From NCBI GenBank assembly GCA_020137815.1, contig CM035360.1, positions 1,116,001 through 1,180,000 on the forward strand: a stretch of 64,000 nt of DNA. Direction: 5' to 3'. A program made the translations under genes and the position numbers. Shown here piece by piece: positions 32,612-45,033 of this stretch (positions are counted from its first letter, which is position 1; each line of letters opens with the position of its first letter). The DNA is from Hormiphora californensis. Lineage: Eukaryota; Animalia; Ctenophora. The notes below the pieces were generated by a model. That model saw only the letters and a program-made list of their open reading frames with translations. It was not told where the DNA came from and made no database searches.

Positions 32612-34445
32612 TACTGCATACATGTAACATGAACAGAGTTATTGGGGGAGGGAGGGGGTTCATCAGGGGTCACTGTCTGGGTTTCATGATGTGATTCAGC
32701 TGGATTATATCACCCATGTACAATATAATACATCATGGTTGTTACTTTCGTAACCCTCGCTTCACCCGCGAGCAGCGATTACAGGGTCGCGTAATCTGAC
32801 AACATCATGGGTGACATATCTAGAGTTATCTATGGTTCACGTGTTTTCCATGATTCACGTGTTACCTTGAGTTATCACGTGTTACCTTGAGTTATCACGT
32901 GTTATCTGTGGTTCACGTGGTACCTATAACAACGCATTATCCCATTACTGATCCATTATTGATCGCATGTAATTGCATCGCTTACATCCCGCTACGTGTG
33001 TTGTGTAGTACCAGATGAATTGATCTTCAATTCGAAATGGGTGCTATTCAAACCAGAGATAATTTTACCAAACTGAACTGATTTATATCAGATGTGTATC
33101 AGCTCTCAGTTTGGTTTATATATCCCTTGATTTGTTCGTGCTGAGTGCTGTGTGTGTGCTTGTTCCGAATTGTCATCCTGCTGCTGTCATCATGTAAAAC
33201 TACTCGTGTAGTAGGTGACTGAGAGTGTGTAATTGTATGAGTGGGTGGGTAATTAGAACGAGCAGTTCTAACAACATTTTTTGTCTTTTTTGAAAATTCC
33301 TGGGTAGGTTAACTGCAGATATCATCCTGTTATAGTAAACGTGCATTTGTAAAACTTGTTCTAGGATAGCAAAATTATGAAAAAGATCTACATTCCATGT
33401 TTCTAGAGAATATATTTTTACAGGGTTTTTTTGCAGCGAGGTTATGCTAAAATCAAATTTGAAATTGAATATTCGAGAACTTTGTCAAGCTTTACCCAAC
33501 AAAGACATAGTCACAGCTTGAACTAGAAGAAGGGCAATCAAAAAATTTAGAAAATTTCGTTTGAGATATCTTTGATCTGACAACAGTTATCGTTCAACTT
33601 GCGTTAATTTCAAAAGCTGCAGATCTTGTAATAAGCTGTTTAAATTTCGCGAGAGTGTCATATTCTCTTTTCTTTCCTAACTGAAGACTGAGTTATTTCA
33701 ATTGCGATCTATAATTCTGTCTTAGATCACACACCTTTGCCCCGCATTTCCGTGTTTATGCTAAATACTTGATTTACAGTGAATGATTCAATGTCTCAAT
33801 CAAAGTGAAATAATGTTTTCACAAGCTGCGTTAATTTATTCATTCTTTCTCTACCTCTCATGATCTGTCATTTTACTCGTAATAGCTATTAAAATTCTAA
33901 AAGCTCCTTCATCCATTATGTCTCCTTCTTTTCTTTTTCGATCATTTGAGCATGATGGATTTGTGTGTGATGCTTTCAGCTGCTTCAGCTATTCATGTCA
34001 AATGGAATTAAGGGGGATAAATAAGGGATTTTTTTAGTGTTTGTGTGTACATATAATTATTTTGAGAATAGATAACAATTTTATCAGGGGTGGCGACAAT
34101 ATATATATATGATTATATTTATCAGGGTGATATATATCTCTTGTGTATTCAAATAATATATTAATTGTTTTCAACGGAATTTATGTATAGCAAACCCGGT
34201 ATTCGTTAGACTTATAAATATAACAAATATACTAAACCACGTGCAGTACATAACACTATCGAACATATACACACTAAAACAAGGCACGTACGTTCCAAAG
34301 TAACACAATTCATGATGTTGTGTAAACAGTTCCACTCGTTTATATTTAATTATACATAATTAAAGTAGATGAAGTCTCGGTAGAAACTTAATTATAATAG
34401 ATATGGTTGTAAAGTTGTAAATTTCGAGCTTTTTTGCTCGTTTAA

Positions 34446-35512
34446 AGTAAGAGTGGCGCGCCGTGTTTTCTCACAAGACTTAGTGGATGAACGGGGAGTA
34501 CCACCAGGACCATTGGTACGGTATCAAAAATTTCCAATGCTGTCTCGTTCATTAGTTATGACATAATATGTTCATTATTTCAACTTTCATAAAATTGCTC
34601 TACAGAAAAATCTGTTCATTGTGGATTAAAATGGATGCTTGCATCGTGTTCAGCGTCAAAAAATAGCCGGGGTACCAAATTTTGGTGTCTCTACCTTGTC
34701 TGGGACGCGAGATATCGACAATTATTAAAAACGCCCAAAATGGGTGAGAGAGAGATTGTTATCTTTGGGTGCTAGTTGTTTGTGCGCGCCACCCACTTGT
34801 AACAAACTCTCTTTCTCTCACTTTGGTCGTTTTTGATATTTGTCGATATCTCGCGTCACAGACAAGGTAGAGACACCAAAATTTGGTACCCCGGCTATTT
34901 TTTGACGCTGAACACGATGCAAGCATCCATTTCAATCCACAATGCACATATTTTTCTGTAGAGCAATTTTATGAAAGTTGAAATAAGGGTCACCACACAC
35001 CAAAGTTAAAATTAAAATTAAAATTTGACGTTTTTGGTCATAACTCTCCCATTTCTTGGCAAAATTGCTTCATTTTGTGCTTTTTGGAAAGAGGGCATCG
35101 AGCCCGTTCTAAAGAGCTCAAGAAACTTAAAATCGGCGCAAAGTGCGCGGCGTTAAGGCGCATAATGCGTGTGTTAAAATTTTAAAATTTTAACGCACAC
35201 ATTTTGCACTGTAACGCCGCGCACTTTGCGCGGATTTCAAGTTTCTTGAGCTGTTCAGAACGGGCTCGATGTCCTCTTTCCAACAAGCCCAAAATGAAGC
35301 AATTTTGCCAAGAAATGGGAGAGTTATGACCAAAAACGTCAAATTTTAATTTTAATTTTAACTTTGGTGTGTGGTGACCCTAATGAACATATTACGTCAT
35401 AACTAATGAACGAGATAGAATTGGAAATTTTCGATACCGTACCAATGGTCCTGGTGGTACTCCCCGTTCATCCACTAAGTTTTGTGAGAAAACACGGCGC
35501 GCCACTCTTACT
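34446..35512. mobile_element. Kolobok-like non-autonomous element with two internal palindromes
   Basis: TTAA|AGTAAGAGTGGCGCGCCGTG...CACGGCGCGCCACTCTTACT|TTAA. About 130-bp TIRs enclose hairpin A (about 34575-34985) and hairpin B (about 34986-35381). Confidence 0.88.
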
Positions 35513-36069
35513 TTAAGGAATTGACTGTCATTATTTTGCATAAAGAAGACATGGTTTTACCACTAGACGTTATATATGATAATGATAGCAATCAGGAGAC
35601 GAGACACGATCCATCATCTTTTGACACCTTTTTTCCGTGCAGCAACAGTGATGGCAAGTCTGGGGTTTAGTCTCGTTTCCTCTGTAATCTTCCTCTCTCG
35701 TCCTGCAGGAATTATATATGGTTTACTCTGAAACTGTACTAAAAATAATCATATGCCAGTGGTGAACCACGTAGTGAATAATAATGAAGCAATTTGGCCA
35801 AAAAATGGCAGAGTTATGACCAAAAATGTCTAAATTTTGTGGTGTGACTTTACCGCTAACCTAATGAATATATTCACTATTACTAGGTTAGCGGTAAAGT
35901 CACACATATATAGAATATAATGAGACATATATGTCTCATTATATTCTACTATTATACCTGCACTGGAGCCTCTGATGGACGGTAAAACTTTGTAGGGGGA
36001 GGGTCTCTTCATCCTGGATGCCTTGTCAACGATCTCCTTAAAGAAAGGAGATAAGAGGGGGTCATGGTC

Positions 36070-36480
36070 AGGGGGATGTCCGGAGGGGTGTCAGGAGAGG
36101 GGTGTTAGGAGAGGGGTGTTAGGAGAGGGGTGTCAGAAGAGGGGTGTCAGGAGAGGGGTGTCAGGAGGGGGTGTCAGGAGAGGGGTGTCAGGAGAGGGGT
36201 GTTAGGAGAGGGTGTCAGGAGAGGGGTGTTAGGAGAGGGGTGTTAGGAGGTGGTGTCAGGAGAGGGGTCAGGAGAGGGCCGGTGTCAGGAGAGGGCCGGT
36301 GTCAGGAGAGGGGTGTCAGAAGGTGGTGACAGGAGAGGGGTGTCAGAAGGTGGTGACAGGAGAGGGGTGACAGGAGAGGGGTGTTACTAGGAGAGGGGAG
36401 TCAGGAGAGGGTGTCAGGAGGTGGTGACAGGAGAGGGGTGTCAGGAGAGGGGTGTCAGGAGAGGGGTGTCAGAAGGGGTT
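36070..36480. repeat. G-rich 14-bp minisatellite (GGAGAGGGGTGTCA)n
   Basis: Direct reading. The ORFs 36023..36329 are repeat artefacts. Confidence 0.95.
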
Positions 36481-37557
36481 GTCCGGAGATGCTTTAGTTA
36501 AACTACCCCCTGTCTCTGTCAGACCATTGGTCTGACAGTGACAGCCCTTCCGTTTTGAGAATGAAAGTGCATTCAAAATACCGTTCAGAACTTCTCTATA
36601 CGGCATGAAGTGCACTTTCATTCTCAAAACAGAAAAAGACAAGGGATAGTTATATTGATGGTTTCGCAGTTTGCTTTCCAAGTACATAATATAAGCAAAA
36701 TCATTATTGTTTGAATTTTCTTTGTTTGACCGTATTTGAAAAAATAGCAACGAGACAAGCTGCATAACTGCACCTTCTCAACCGCTTTTGGAAACTTTTA
36801 ATTCTCTCAGTCTCACAGAATGTTCTCTCCCTTTGAGATACTGCTGCAACTTGTTACTCAACAAGCTGCAACAAGGTGTCCATTATTTAGATCTTAATTT
36901 AGTAGAATTTGGAATTAAACATGACATAATATCGATTATATTTAAGGACCGCATACCGGCTAGGTTGGAAATTTGAATGCAAATTTCATTAGAGTTAGAT
37001 ACACAGTTAGGTATAAATTTAATCAGCTTCAATAGCAGTGTGGATCGAAGCTATTTGCACCTCTACTGATTCGTATCTCGAGCCATGCAATCAGTAGATT
37101 GATTTCTCTTTGCTTCATCAAACCTAGTACACTGTTCAGTGTTCTACTAAACAGATCACAAGACTTTGTACTAGATACAAGAGGTTCTTCTGCTTCTGTC
37201 AGAGCATTGACCTGACCCATTCTCGTTTCTCTCAAATTTGGAGCGTGCGAGAACTGTGGTCAGAGCATTGGCCTGACAGTTCTGCTTTATAACTCTGCAA
37301 AATTGTATAACTTTGTTGGCAGCAAGGGCCAAGGGTCTGATAGAGCCTCTTATAGCACCATGTTCATTTAATTCATATTACTCGACCATGCCCGATGTGG
37401 CTCACAAATTTCGTTTGAGAAACGCGGTGACTCAATGACTGATCATGTCCCTTGATCTGCCGAACCCTCACCTAGTGCAGTGTCCCAATCCCATGATGAA
37501 ATGATTAATATGATATCATATATATTCAGAAAGCTAGGGGCGCCACCTGCCATTTAA

Positions 37558-38860
37558 GGGTACACCTGGCGTTTTTCATCATCGAGTGCCCAACCAAATG
37601 ACTTCACCAGGGTTTAGGTCATACAAAATGGACCTCAAATATGCAATTTTAGCCCTAAAGTCGAATTCATATTTTTGCTACAGCCTATTTTCAAAGTGGC
37701 GTTTTTTCAATTTTTGTTGGAATTTTTAACCTCAGGACCACTTTTTTTGAGATAGAAACATTAAATTCTTGAAATTTGAAGAGAATATAAAGGTGAATAA
37801 GCCCAAAGAAGGATTTTTGAAATGGAGCTTATTTCTGGCCATGAGAAGGGTTTACTTTTTTGCTTCTTTGACACGCTGGCTGAGAATGTTCCCATGCTTC
37901 ATTAGAGATGAAAATCTGGAAATAGTTGCTCAAAACGATTATCTATGTGGCCCAAAAATTTTGGAACTTTCCCGCCAAAGATGTGGTGTACAGAGCTTGT
38001 TTTGTGAAACCCGTCTTTTTGAAAAAGAGAGGAATTCCCTGTATCTCCAAAACGGATGATCGTAGAGACCTGGGACCAAGCTTAATCGATTCAGAAGGTC
38101 CGATTTTGGGGGGGTCTTCTGAGAGACATTTTGCTCCTACTCCAACCGTTTTTGCTGTAATTGCGAAAAAGGTATCAGCAAGTAAGGGGGAAATCAGCCC
38201 GAAGCAGGCTACTGGAATAGAGTTGTTCCCCCTTTTCATAGAATTGGTTTTTTGCAATTACAGCAAAAACGGTTGGAGTAGGAGCAAAATGTCTCTCAGA
38301 AGACCCCCCCAAAATCGGACCTTCTGAATCGATTAAGTTTGGTCCCAGGTCTCTACGATCATCCGTTTTGGAGATACAGGGAATTCCTCTCTTTTTCAAA
38401 AAGACGGGTTTCACAAAACAAGCTCTGTACACCACATCTTTGGCGGGAAAGTTCCAAAATTTTTGGGCCACATAGATAATCGTTTTGAGCAACTATTTCC
38501 AGATTTTCATCTCTAATGAAGCATGGGAAAATTCTCAGCCAGCGTGTCAAAGAAGCAAAAAAGTAAACCCTTCTCATGGCCAGAAATAAGCTCCATTTCA
38601 AAAATCCTTCTTTGGGCTTATTCACCTTTATATTCTCTTCAAATTTCAAGAATTTAATGTTTCTATCTCAAAAAAAGTGGTCCTGAGGTTAAAAATTCCA
38701 ACAAAAATTGAAAAAACGCCACTTTGAAAATAGGCTGTAGCAAAAATATGAATTCGACTTTAGGGCTAAAATTGCATATTTGAGGTCCATTTTGTATGAC
38801 CTAAACCCTGGTGAAGTCATTTGGTTGGGCACTCGATGATGAAAAACGCCAGGTGTACCC
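37558..38860. mobile_element. Near-perfect palindromic (foldback) TTAA element
   Basis: TTAA|GGGTACACCTGGCG...CGCCAGGTGTACCC|TTAA. Arms of about 610 bp with few mismatches and a spacer of about 80 bp. This explains the mirrored ORFs 37769/38359 and 37926/38175. Confidence 0.93.
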
Positions 38861-40276
38861 TTAAATGACCGTGCCCCATGTGGTATATATAATATAAAAT
38901 ATTTCGATTTCGGAAAATCATTTGGCATCCCCCGCAATTTTGTAAACGTTTGTTGAGTAAAAAGTGATCTTGGAAACGCTCAGAACGTGATATACCTTAT
39001 TAGAGATTCATCACTATCAAGATCAGCTACCCTGATCGCTTTAATATCTCCGATTACTCAAGACTCATATTCGTCTGATATATGGTATACGCGAGTTGAT
39101 ATAATGCACAACAGATGTGACAGCTCTCTACAGAGATCTCTATAGATATTGTGACCTCTCTATATTCATATATTGGTTCTTGTGATCTCTCTATATTGGG
39201 TCCTTGTAAATATATCATATCTACTCTGTAAGAACATTGGCCCTGAGCGTACGAGAACAGCGGTCAGAGCACACAGTATCCTATAACTCCTTAGTCTACA
39301 GGGCAGATGTGATATCGATATTGTCCTCGACTCATGACCTATAGTGCCATAGTGGTAGTTGTAACAATTGTGCAGCTGGTAATAGGCAGCGGATAACGGA
39401 TCCCTGTCAGAGCATTGGCCTGACAAACGGATCCCCGATTGATCTGGTAGTATACTGGAAAACTGGTTGTTCAGCTCTCTCTCTCTCTCAACCGCACGAG
39501 ACACGTGTGTCTGTGTATCTGTGTGTCTGTGTGTGCATCTGAGCTTGATCTGCAGACCGCAACATCTCTTAGAACTGATTTACTGATATTGAGTAGCTTT
39601 CGCAATACCGCAATACAGCTCTAGCTAAGTTATTAGTTTCCACTTTCCACTTCCAGTTATATTCTCCTGTCAGGCCAATGCTCTGACCATGCAGTTCTCG
39701 CACGAAATGAGAATAAGGTCAGAGTCTGACTCAGACCTTGTTGAGTAAGTCAATATAACTCAATATAAGTCAATATAACTCAATATAACTCAATATAAGT
39801 CAATATAACTCAATGCAAGTCTTGTGTTGTATGAACAATACAATGCAAGTCAGCCCAGCTCAGCTCTGACAGGGCTTCTCTTATTTCATATATTAACTCC
39901 CCCATTCAGTTTGAAATTAGTGCCTGACTCAACCGCGACCGCTCTCTTCTGAGCTGTCTGGCGTGTGTAGCTCGACCCTGCAATCCCTCAGATCGGCGCT
40001 AGACGACCCATCCCACCAAGCTGAAAGCTCCTACATCATGTAGTACATGTATAACTTTATTTGAGTTGAGTATCGTACTATCGTAACGTCTAGGCTGTCA
40101 GGCATCAAAGGTCCTGTGAGTGGTTGTTGAAAATTGAGTAAGGGGCGAGAGGTCCGGTCATGCATCACGTTGACAGTGCGTTTTGGTGCTTTCAATCACT
40201 TGAGCTGTACTGTACTGCAGCTGGATTGTCCAGATGGCACACGTAGTAGACCCTAGAGTTGTGTTACCCCTTTACT

Positions 40277-41656
40277 AGTGAGAGAGAACAGCAGGGATTT
40301 TCACAAAAAGTTATCTGGATACTCCTTGATGGCTAACTAAAACTTTAGTGAAAACCGCATGTCTCTAGCATGTTTTTGAAAATCGAGCTAACACATGCGA
40401 GACGCACCATTATCAGTGGCGTAGCCAGGGTTTTGAGCATGGTAGTGCATTAAGCATTTGAAGTAGTGCACCTTTGATGACGGAAAATTTTACCGATTTT
40501 TGTCGATTTTTGACAATCTGAGAGCAATTTGAGACAATATGAAGGAGGCACAGCCCCCGCCCCCACGAGCAGGGTCCAGGGATTGCAAGCCCTGGTGGGG
40601 TCGTGGGGCGAAGCCCCCGGAAATTTTTCTTGATTTTTGTCAATTTTGACAATCTGAGATCAATTTGAAAATAATAATTTAGGCAATATGACGGGGACAA
40701 AGCACCCACGAGCAGGGTCCAGGGATTGCAAGCCCTGGTGGGGGTGCGGGGCGAAGCCCCCGGAAATTTCTCTTGATTTTTGTCAATTTTGACAATCTGA
40801 GAGCAATTTGAAGACAATAATTCAAGCAATATGTCGGGAATAATCAATAAAGCCCCCACTAGCAGGGTCCAAGGACTGCAAGCCCTGGTGGGGGCGTGGG
40901 GCGAAGCCCCCAGAATTTTTTCCCGATTTCTGCAAATTTTGACAATCTTAGAGCATTTTAAAAACATTAGTTCAAACAATATGAAGATTGAAGGAGGCAA
41001 AGCAGGGTCCAGGGACTGCAAGTCCTGGTGGGAGCATGTAATGGGGCGAATTTTTTCCCGATTTTTGTCAATTTTGACAATCTGAGAACAATTTGAACAC
41101 AATCACGCAAACCAAGGAGGGTAATACACCATGGATAGCACAATCCTAGCAATTGGGTGTTATCCCATCGAGGCAGGGAACGCATGGTATTGGCGATTGC
41201 TCTCTATAAACTTGTCACCTGAACCCCTCTCTTTTTCTCGTTCTTTGTGCTTTATCTCTATTTGTTTGGGATTGAGTGTCGTACATTACATCTCAAACGC
41301 TAATTTCAAATTTATATCCTACCGAACTCCGAAGTAGTGCAATTTCGATAAAAATTTAGGCGTGGTAGTGCAAATCACGAAAATTGAGGTAGTGCAGTTG
41401 GGAGCGCTCAGGTAGTGCAATGCACGTTTGCACATACCCTGGCTACGCCACTGACCATTATGGGCCTATAATGGGCGTAAATTCATATTGTACATGCAGT
41501 TACGCCCATTATGGGCCCATTATGGTGCGTCTCGCATGTGTTAGCTCGATTTTCAAAAACATGCTATGAGACATGCGGGTTTCACTAAAGTTTTAGTTAG
41601 CCATCAAAGAGTATCCAGATAACTTTTTGTGAAAATCCCTACTGTTCTCTCTCACT
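40277..41656. mobile_element. Kolobok-like palindromic MITE interrupted by a hAT-like element
   Basis: Arms AGTGAGAGAGAACAG(C/T)AGGGATTTTCACAAAAAG... and its reverse complement ending 41656, followed by TTAA. Confidence 0.8.
40414..41453. mobile_element. Non-autonomous hAT-like element with internal ~150-bp tandem repeats
   Basis: TIR CAGTGGCGTAGCCAGGG/CCCTGGCTACGCCACTG; 8-bp TSD ACCATTAT (40406-40413 and 41454-41461). Confidence 0.9.
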
Positions 41657-41898
41657 TTAATTCATATATTATATGGGCAATGAGGGGGGGGGGGGGTACA
41701 TATTTTGTTTTGTTCACGGGGAGGGAGGGTCGAACAAGGCAATACACATTGTGCTAGTCTGCTAGTAAAACATCTTGAGCTCCTTTAATTTAATTTGAAC
41801 CTTCCTCTACTTCTGAGAATTATTATTTATATGCCACTTTTAGAATTATATATATACTTACTTCTGATGATTTACTTCTTCTGATGATTCGCCGCCGT

Positions 41899-43330
41899 TT
41901 ACACTCCGACCGGGGTATCGCTTGCTTGCAACTCCCCATCGTTCAGTCTCATGTCTAGTATAGAGTTCCTGGAGCTTCGTACATATCCCGTAACTGGGGG
42001 ACAGTCCGAAAACGACGTCAGGTATCTTGACAGCTGAACTTTGAATACCTGGAACTCGTCAATTTGATTAAGTTTTGCAGGTAAACAGTTCCATAGTCGT
42101 GGTCCCATAACAGCAAAGGATCCGTCATATGCTGTCTGTTTGGCCATAGTGGACAGTTTGGTCAATTTGGGAACCACAGCTCGAACTCCAAGTCGGCCTC
42201 CAGTTGTGAACCTTATTTTGAGGTCATTGGAGACTAGGCCGTGCATGATCTTCCACATGTGGAGAATGGAGTATCTCTCTCTCCTGCGCTGCAGGGAGCT
42301 AAGGCCCAGGTATTGCAGTCTCTGCCAGTAATCCATCCCCTTGCACTCAGAGATCCGTCTGGTGAAGGAGCGTTGCACCCCCTCTAAAACCTGGATATCC
42401 TGGATCTTGGTAGGATTCCAAAGAGGGCAGCAGTATTCCAGCAGGCTTCTTACCATGCTCTTGTAGAGGGTTACCATAACCCCTCTATCCCTGGTCCTGA
42501 ACACACTAAACACCCAGGCTGCTTTCCTCTTAGCGTTTTCGGCGATGGTAGCGATGTGACCGGACCAGGTTAGATCAGAATGAACAAGCACGCCCAAATC
42601 CTTAACCGAGGACATAGGTTTCAGCAGCCCTGCTGAAGTGCTGTAGCTCAAGATATCAGCAGTAAAAGGGAGATGGTGCATGAGATGGTCACGTGAAACG
42701 CCATGCAGTAGGAATTCAAACTTATCCGTATGCAGTTTCATGTTATTTCTCAGTGACCACTCGGTAACCGAATCCAGGTCCCGTTGGAGTATTTTCATAT
42801 CCATTTCTCCTCCAATACTCTTCATGATTCGTGTGTCATCTGCAAAGCACCGCAGTGTACTTCCTGACACAACCGTTGTGATATCATTCAGATATATTAA
42901 AAAGAGCATCGGTCCCAAAACTGACCCTTGGGGAACTCCGCTCTTAACATGTACAGGCTCCGACTGACATCCATCCACCGTGACTCTCTGCACTCTTCCT
43001 TCCAGGAAAGACTGGATCCATGTCACGAGACCTTCATGTACCTTATAGCTTCTAAGCTTTCTAATCAAGATGTTATGATCAACTCGGTCAAACGCCTTAG
43101 CGTAATCAAGGTACACAGAGTCAGTTTCCATGCCATCGAGTGCATTACTATGAATGTTGTCGAAGTGATCTAGGAGCTGGGTGAGGCAACTTCTCCCACG
43201 CCTAAATCCATGTTGAATGTCGTTAAAAAGCTCATTTTTCTCAAAATGGTTCACTAGCTTTTTCCGTACGACTCTCTCGAAGACCTTAATGGTATGATCG
43301 GTCAGAGAGACAGGGCGATAATTTGCAGCT
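41899..43330 (-). CDS. LINE ORF2 reverse transcriptase portion (out of frame with the endonuclease N-terminus)
   Basis: AANYRPVSLT upstream of the called ORF; QHGFRRGRSC, YLDYAKAFDRVDH, SGVPQGSVLGP, CFADDT. Confidence 0.9.
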
Positions 43331-43616
43331 GAGCTACATGCTCGTCTATCGGTAGATCAAATGACGTCAGCAGCATAACACCGCCCCCTGTCCTGTATCT
43401 CCGATCACAACGGTAGACCCTGTACTTCTCCCATCCATTTAGAATTTGTAAGTTTTCCACGTATGGTTTAAGCCATGTTTCTGTCACAGCTATGAAGGGT
43501 ACCTCTCCTGGGATTGACTCCACATCCTCCCTGAGGCACTGCAACTTCCAAGCACATTTACTCCTTGCACTTGGGTTGCAGGATTGGGCGTTTAATAACA
43601 CGCCTGACTGCAGCAC
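43302..43616 (-). pseudogene. LINE ORF2 APE endonuclease N-terminal fragment
   Basis: LLNAQS, IAVTETWL and YRCDR..RTGGGVML motifs, then an abrupt junction to RT-proximal sequence near 43335. Confidence 0.85.
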
Positions 43617-44950
43617 CCGTGGCCGGATCCGACCCGAGACCTCCCCATTGAGCAGCTCTTTCCTTGATCTGCTCTCAGAGTTTTCAGGGTTTTCTGCATT
43701 TGTGTCTGATCCCCTTTTATGTCCGACATTCCCTTCTGAAGCTTTTCCAAAAGGGATTTGATAGCTAAAAAATCACCCTGACTTTTAGCTGGAGTGAATT
43801 TTGCGTTTGGTTTACCGCCTGGTTTACCGTTTCGTCCCAGCGAACTGCCAGGCTTCTTATCATTGGACTTGTTTTGCCCCGTTGCGAAGGACGGCTTTTC
43901 CGTTCGTCCTCCTTCCTGGGAAAGTCCACGTTCACTCTTTCTTCTATCTCTCTTTTGCCCCACCTGGTCCCTTGGCTTTCGCCTGTTGGTTCCTTTGGGG
44001 TGAACAAGGTAACATTTCTTTTCAAAACATTCCTTGGATTCTATTGCTCTGCTACAGATAGCCTTGTGTAGTTTCCTACATTCCGGACCCTTGGCACAAC
44101 CTTTCTCTCCTTTCTTCCCCCAGGGAACACATAGTTTCGGATGAAAAAAGTCACACCTATCCTTACCGTCAGCAGATTTCTTCCCAGTTATGCCATGAGG
44201 ACACCTACCCTCCTTGAGCAACATACAAGTAGTTTCGCACTCGTTTGGGAATTTTTCCGCCTCCTTCTGCTGTTTCGCGAGATTGGCCAGTGCTTCCAGC
44301 ACAGTCGGATCGCCAGCATTCACCTTCTCGCTTGCCTCATCGTTCATTTTCGTTTTCCGTTCACTACCGGGCTCAACAATCGACAGACTGTTATTCCTAG
44401 ACCTTCCAGGCGTATTCAGTCGCGATGAGACCTTGGTAGTAAGCGGTGTACCCTTTTCCTCATCTTTGGGAACACAGCACGGATCGCATATCCAAACTTC
44501 TCCTACCAGGCTTGAAGCTTCATTTCTGGAAGTGATTACACTCACCAAAGGTTCACAGTCATGGGAAGGTTGGTGACAGAGAAAACACCTCAGAGGAACG
44601 AGGCCATTCCTCTTGTGCTGGTAGATGTCGTTACATTCAGCACATTTGACTGGCACGGTCAGGGCTTTGAGCTCCTGAGCAACCCTGAGAGCAATCCTGG
44701 GCTTTGTTTTCAGCTCTATGTCCTTAACCCCCTTTTCACCATATAGGGGAGGAATACCGAGAAACTCCGCGAATTCATCGAGAATGGGTCGGTTAACCTT
44801 TGATAAGGACGCCTTATTGGCCCACACAGGTTGTGATGTATCGAAGTGTGTCAAGCAGGTTTTAACAGCTTCCGGACCAGTCCGAATCATCTCCCCGAGT
44901 ACTTCCTTGGCTGTGCCATGTTTGTCATGATTGGCCATTACTTTTACCAT
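43592..44950 (-). CDS. LINE ORF1 protein with a PHD-like finger and CCCH-type zinc fingers
   Basis: CAEC..CFLCHQPSHDC..WICDPC; CPHG..CDFFHPKLC..CAKGPECRKLH..CYLVH; basic C-terminal region. Confidence 0.8.
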   Translation of the reverse strand: MVKVMANHDKHGTAKEVLGEMIRTGPEAVKTCLTHFDTSQPVWANKASLSKVNRPILDEFAEFLGIPPLYGEKGVKDIELKTKPRIALRVAQELKALTVPVKCAECNDIYQHKRNGLVPLRCFLCHQPSHDCEPLVSVITSRNEASSLVGEVWICDPCCVPKDEEKGTPLTTKVSSRLNTPGRSRNNSLSIVEPGSERKTKMNDEASEKVNAGDPTVLEALANLAKQQKEAEKFPNECETTCMLLKEGRCPHGITGKKSADGKDRCDFFHPKLCVPWGKKGEKGCAKGPECRKLHKAICSRAIESKECFEKKCYLVHPKGTNRRKPRDQVGQKRDRRKSERGLSQEGGRTEKPSFATGQNKSNDKKPGSSLGRNGKPGGKPNAKFTPAKSQGDFLAIKSLLEKLQKGMSDIKGDQTQMQKTLKTLRADQGKSCSMGRSRVGSGHGCCSQACY

Positions 44951-44996
44951 AGGCTAGATCCTACAGGGGGTTTGAGACACACGACGCCGCCGCGAG

Positions 44997-45033
44997 CTCA
45001 AATTAATTTGTTTAAAGTAGTGTTGAAAAGTTT
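44997..45033 (-). other. Spliced-leader (SL) exon sequence, retrotransposed copy
   Basis: Reverse complement reads AAACTTTTCAACACTACTTTAAACAAATTAATTTGAG, 46 nt upstream of the ORF1 ATG. It matches my recollection of the Pleurobrachia SL. No GT donor or SL intron follows it. Confidence 0.75.

Larger units (their letters stand above)
41856..45033 (-). mobile_element. CR1/L2-group LINE with intact ORF1, internally deleted ORF2 and a spliced-leader sequence at its 5' end
   Basis: ORF1 43592-44950, APE N-terminus, RT ORF 41899-43254, and a 3' tail of short repeats AATCATCAGAAG(AAG)T/AAGT near 41856-41890. Confidence 0.9.

Noticed and set aside
37769-38649. Pairs of near-identical ORFs on opposite strands
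   Set aside because: A consequence of the palindromic element; no transposase motifs.
40413-41102. 229-aa minus-strand ORF
   Set aside because: Derived from internal tandem repeats of the non-autonomous hAT-like element.
41840-41870. GTAAGT just 3' of the SL-LINE (minus strand) as the intron half of an interrupted SL-RNA gene
   Set aside because: It is explained by the LINE's AAGT-type tail repeats, and I see no Sm-site or SL-RNA stem-loops downstream. Not fully excluded.
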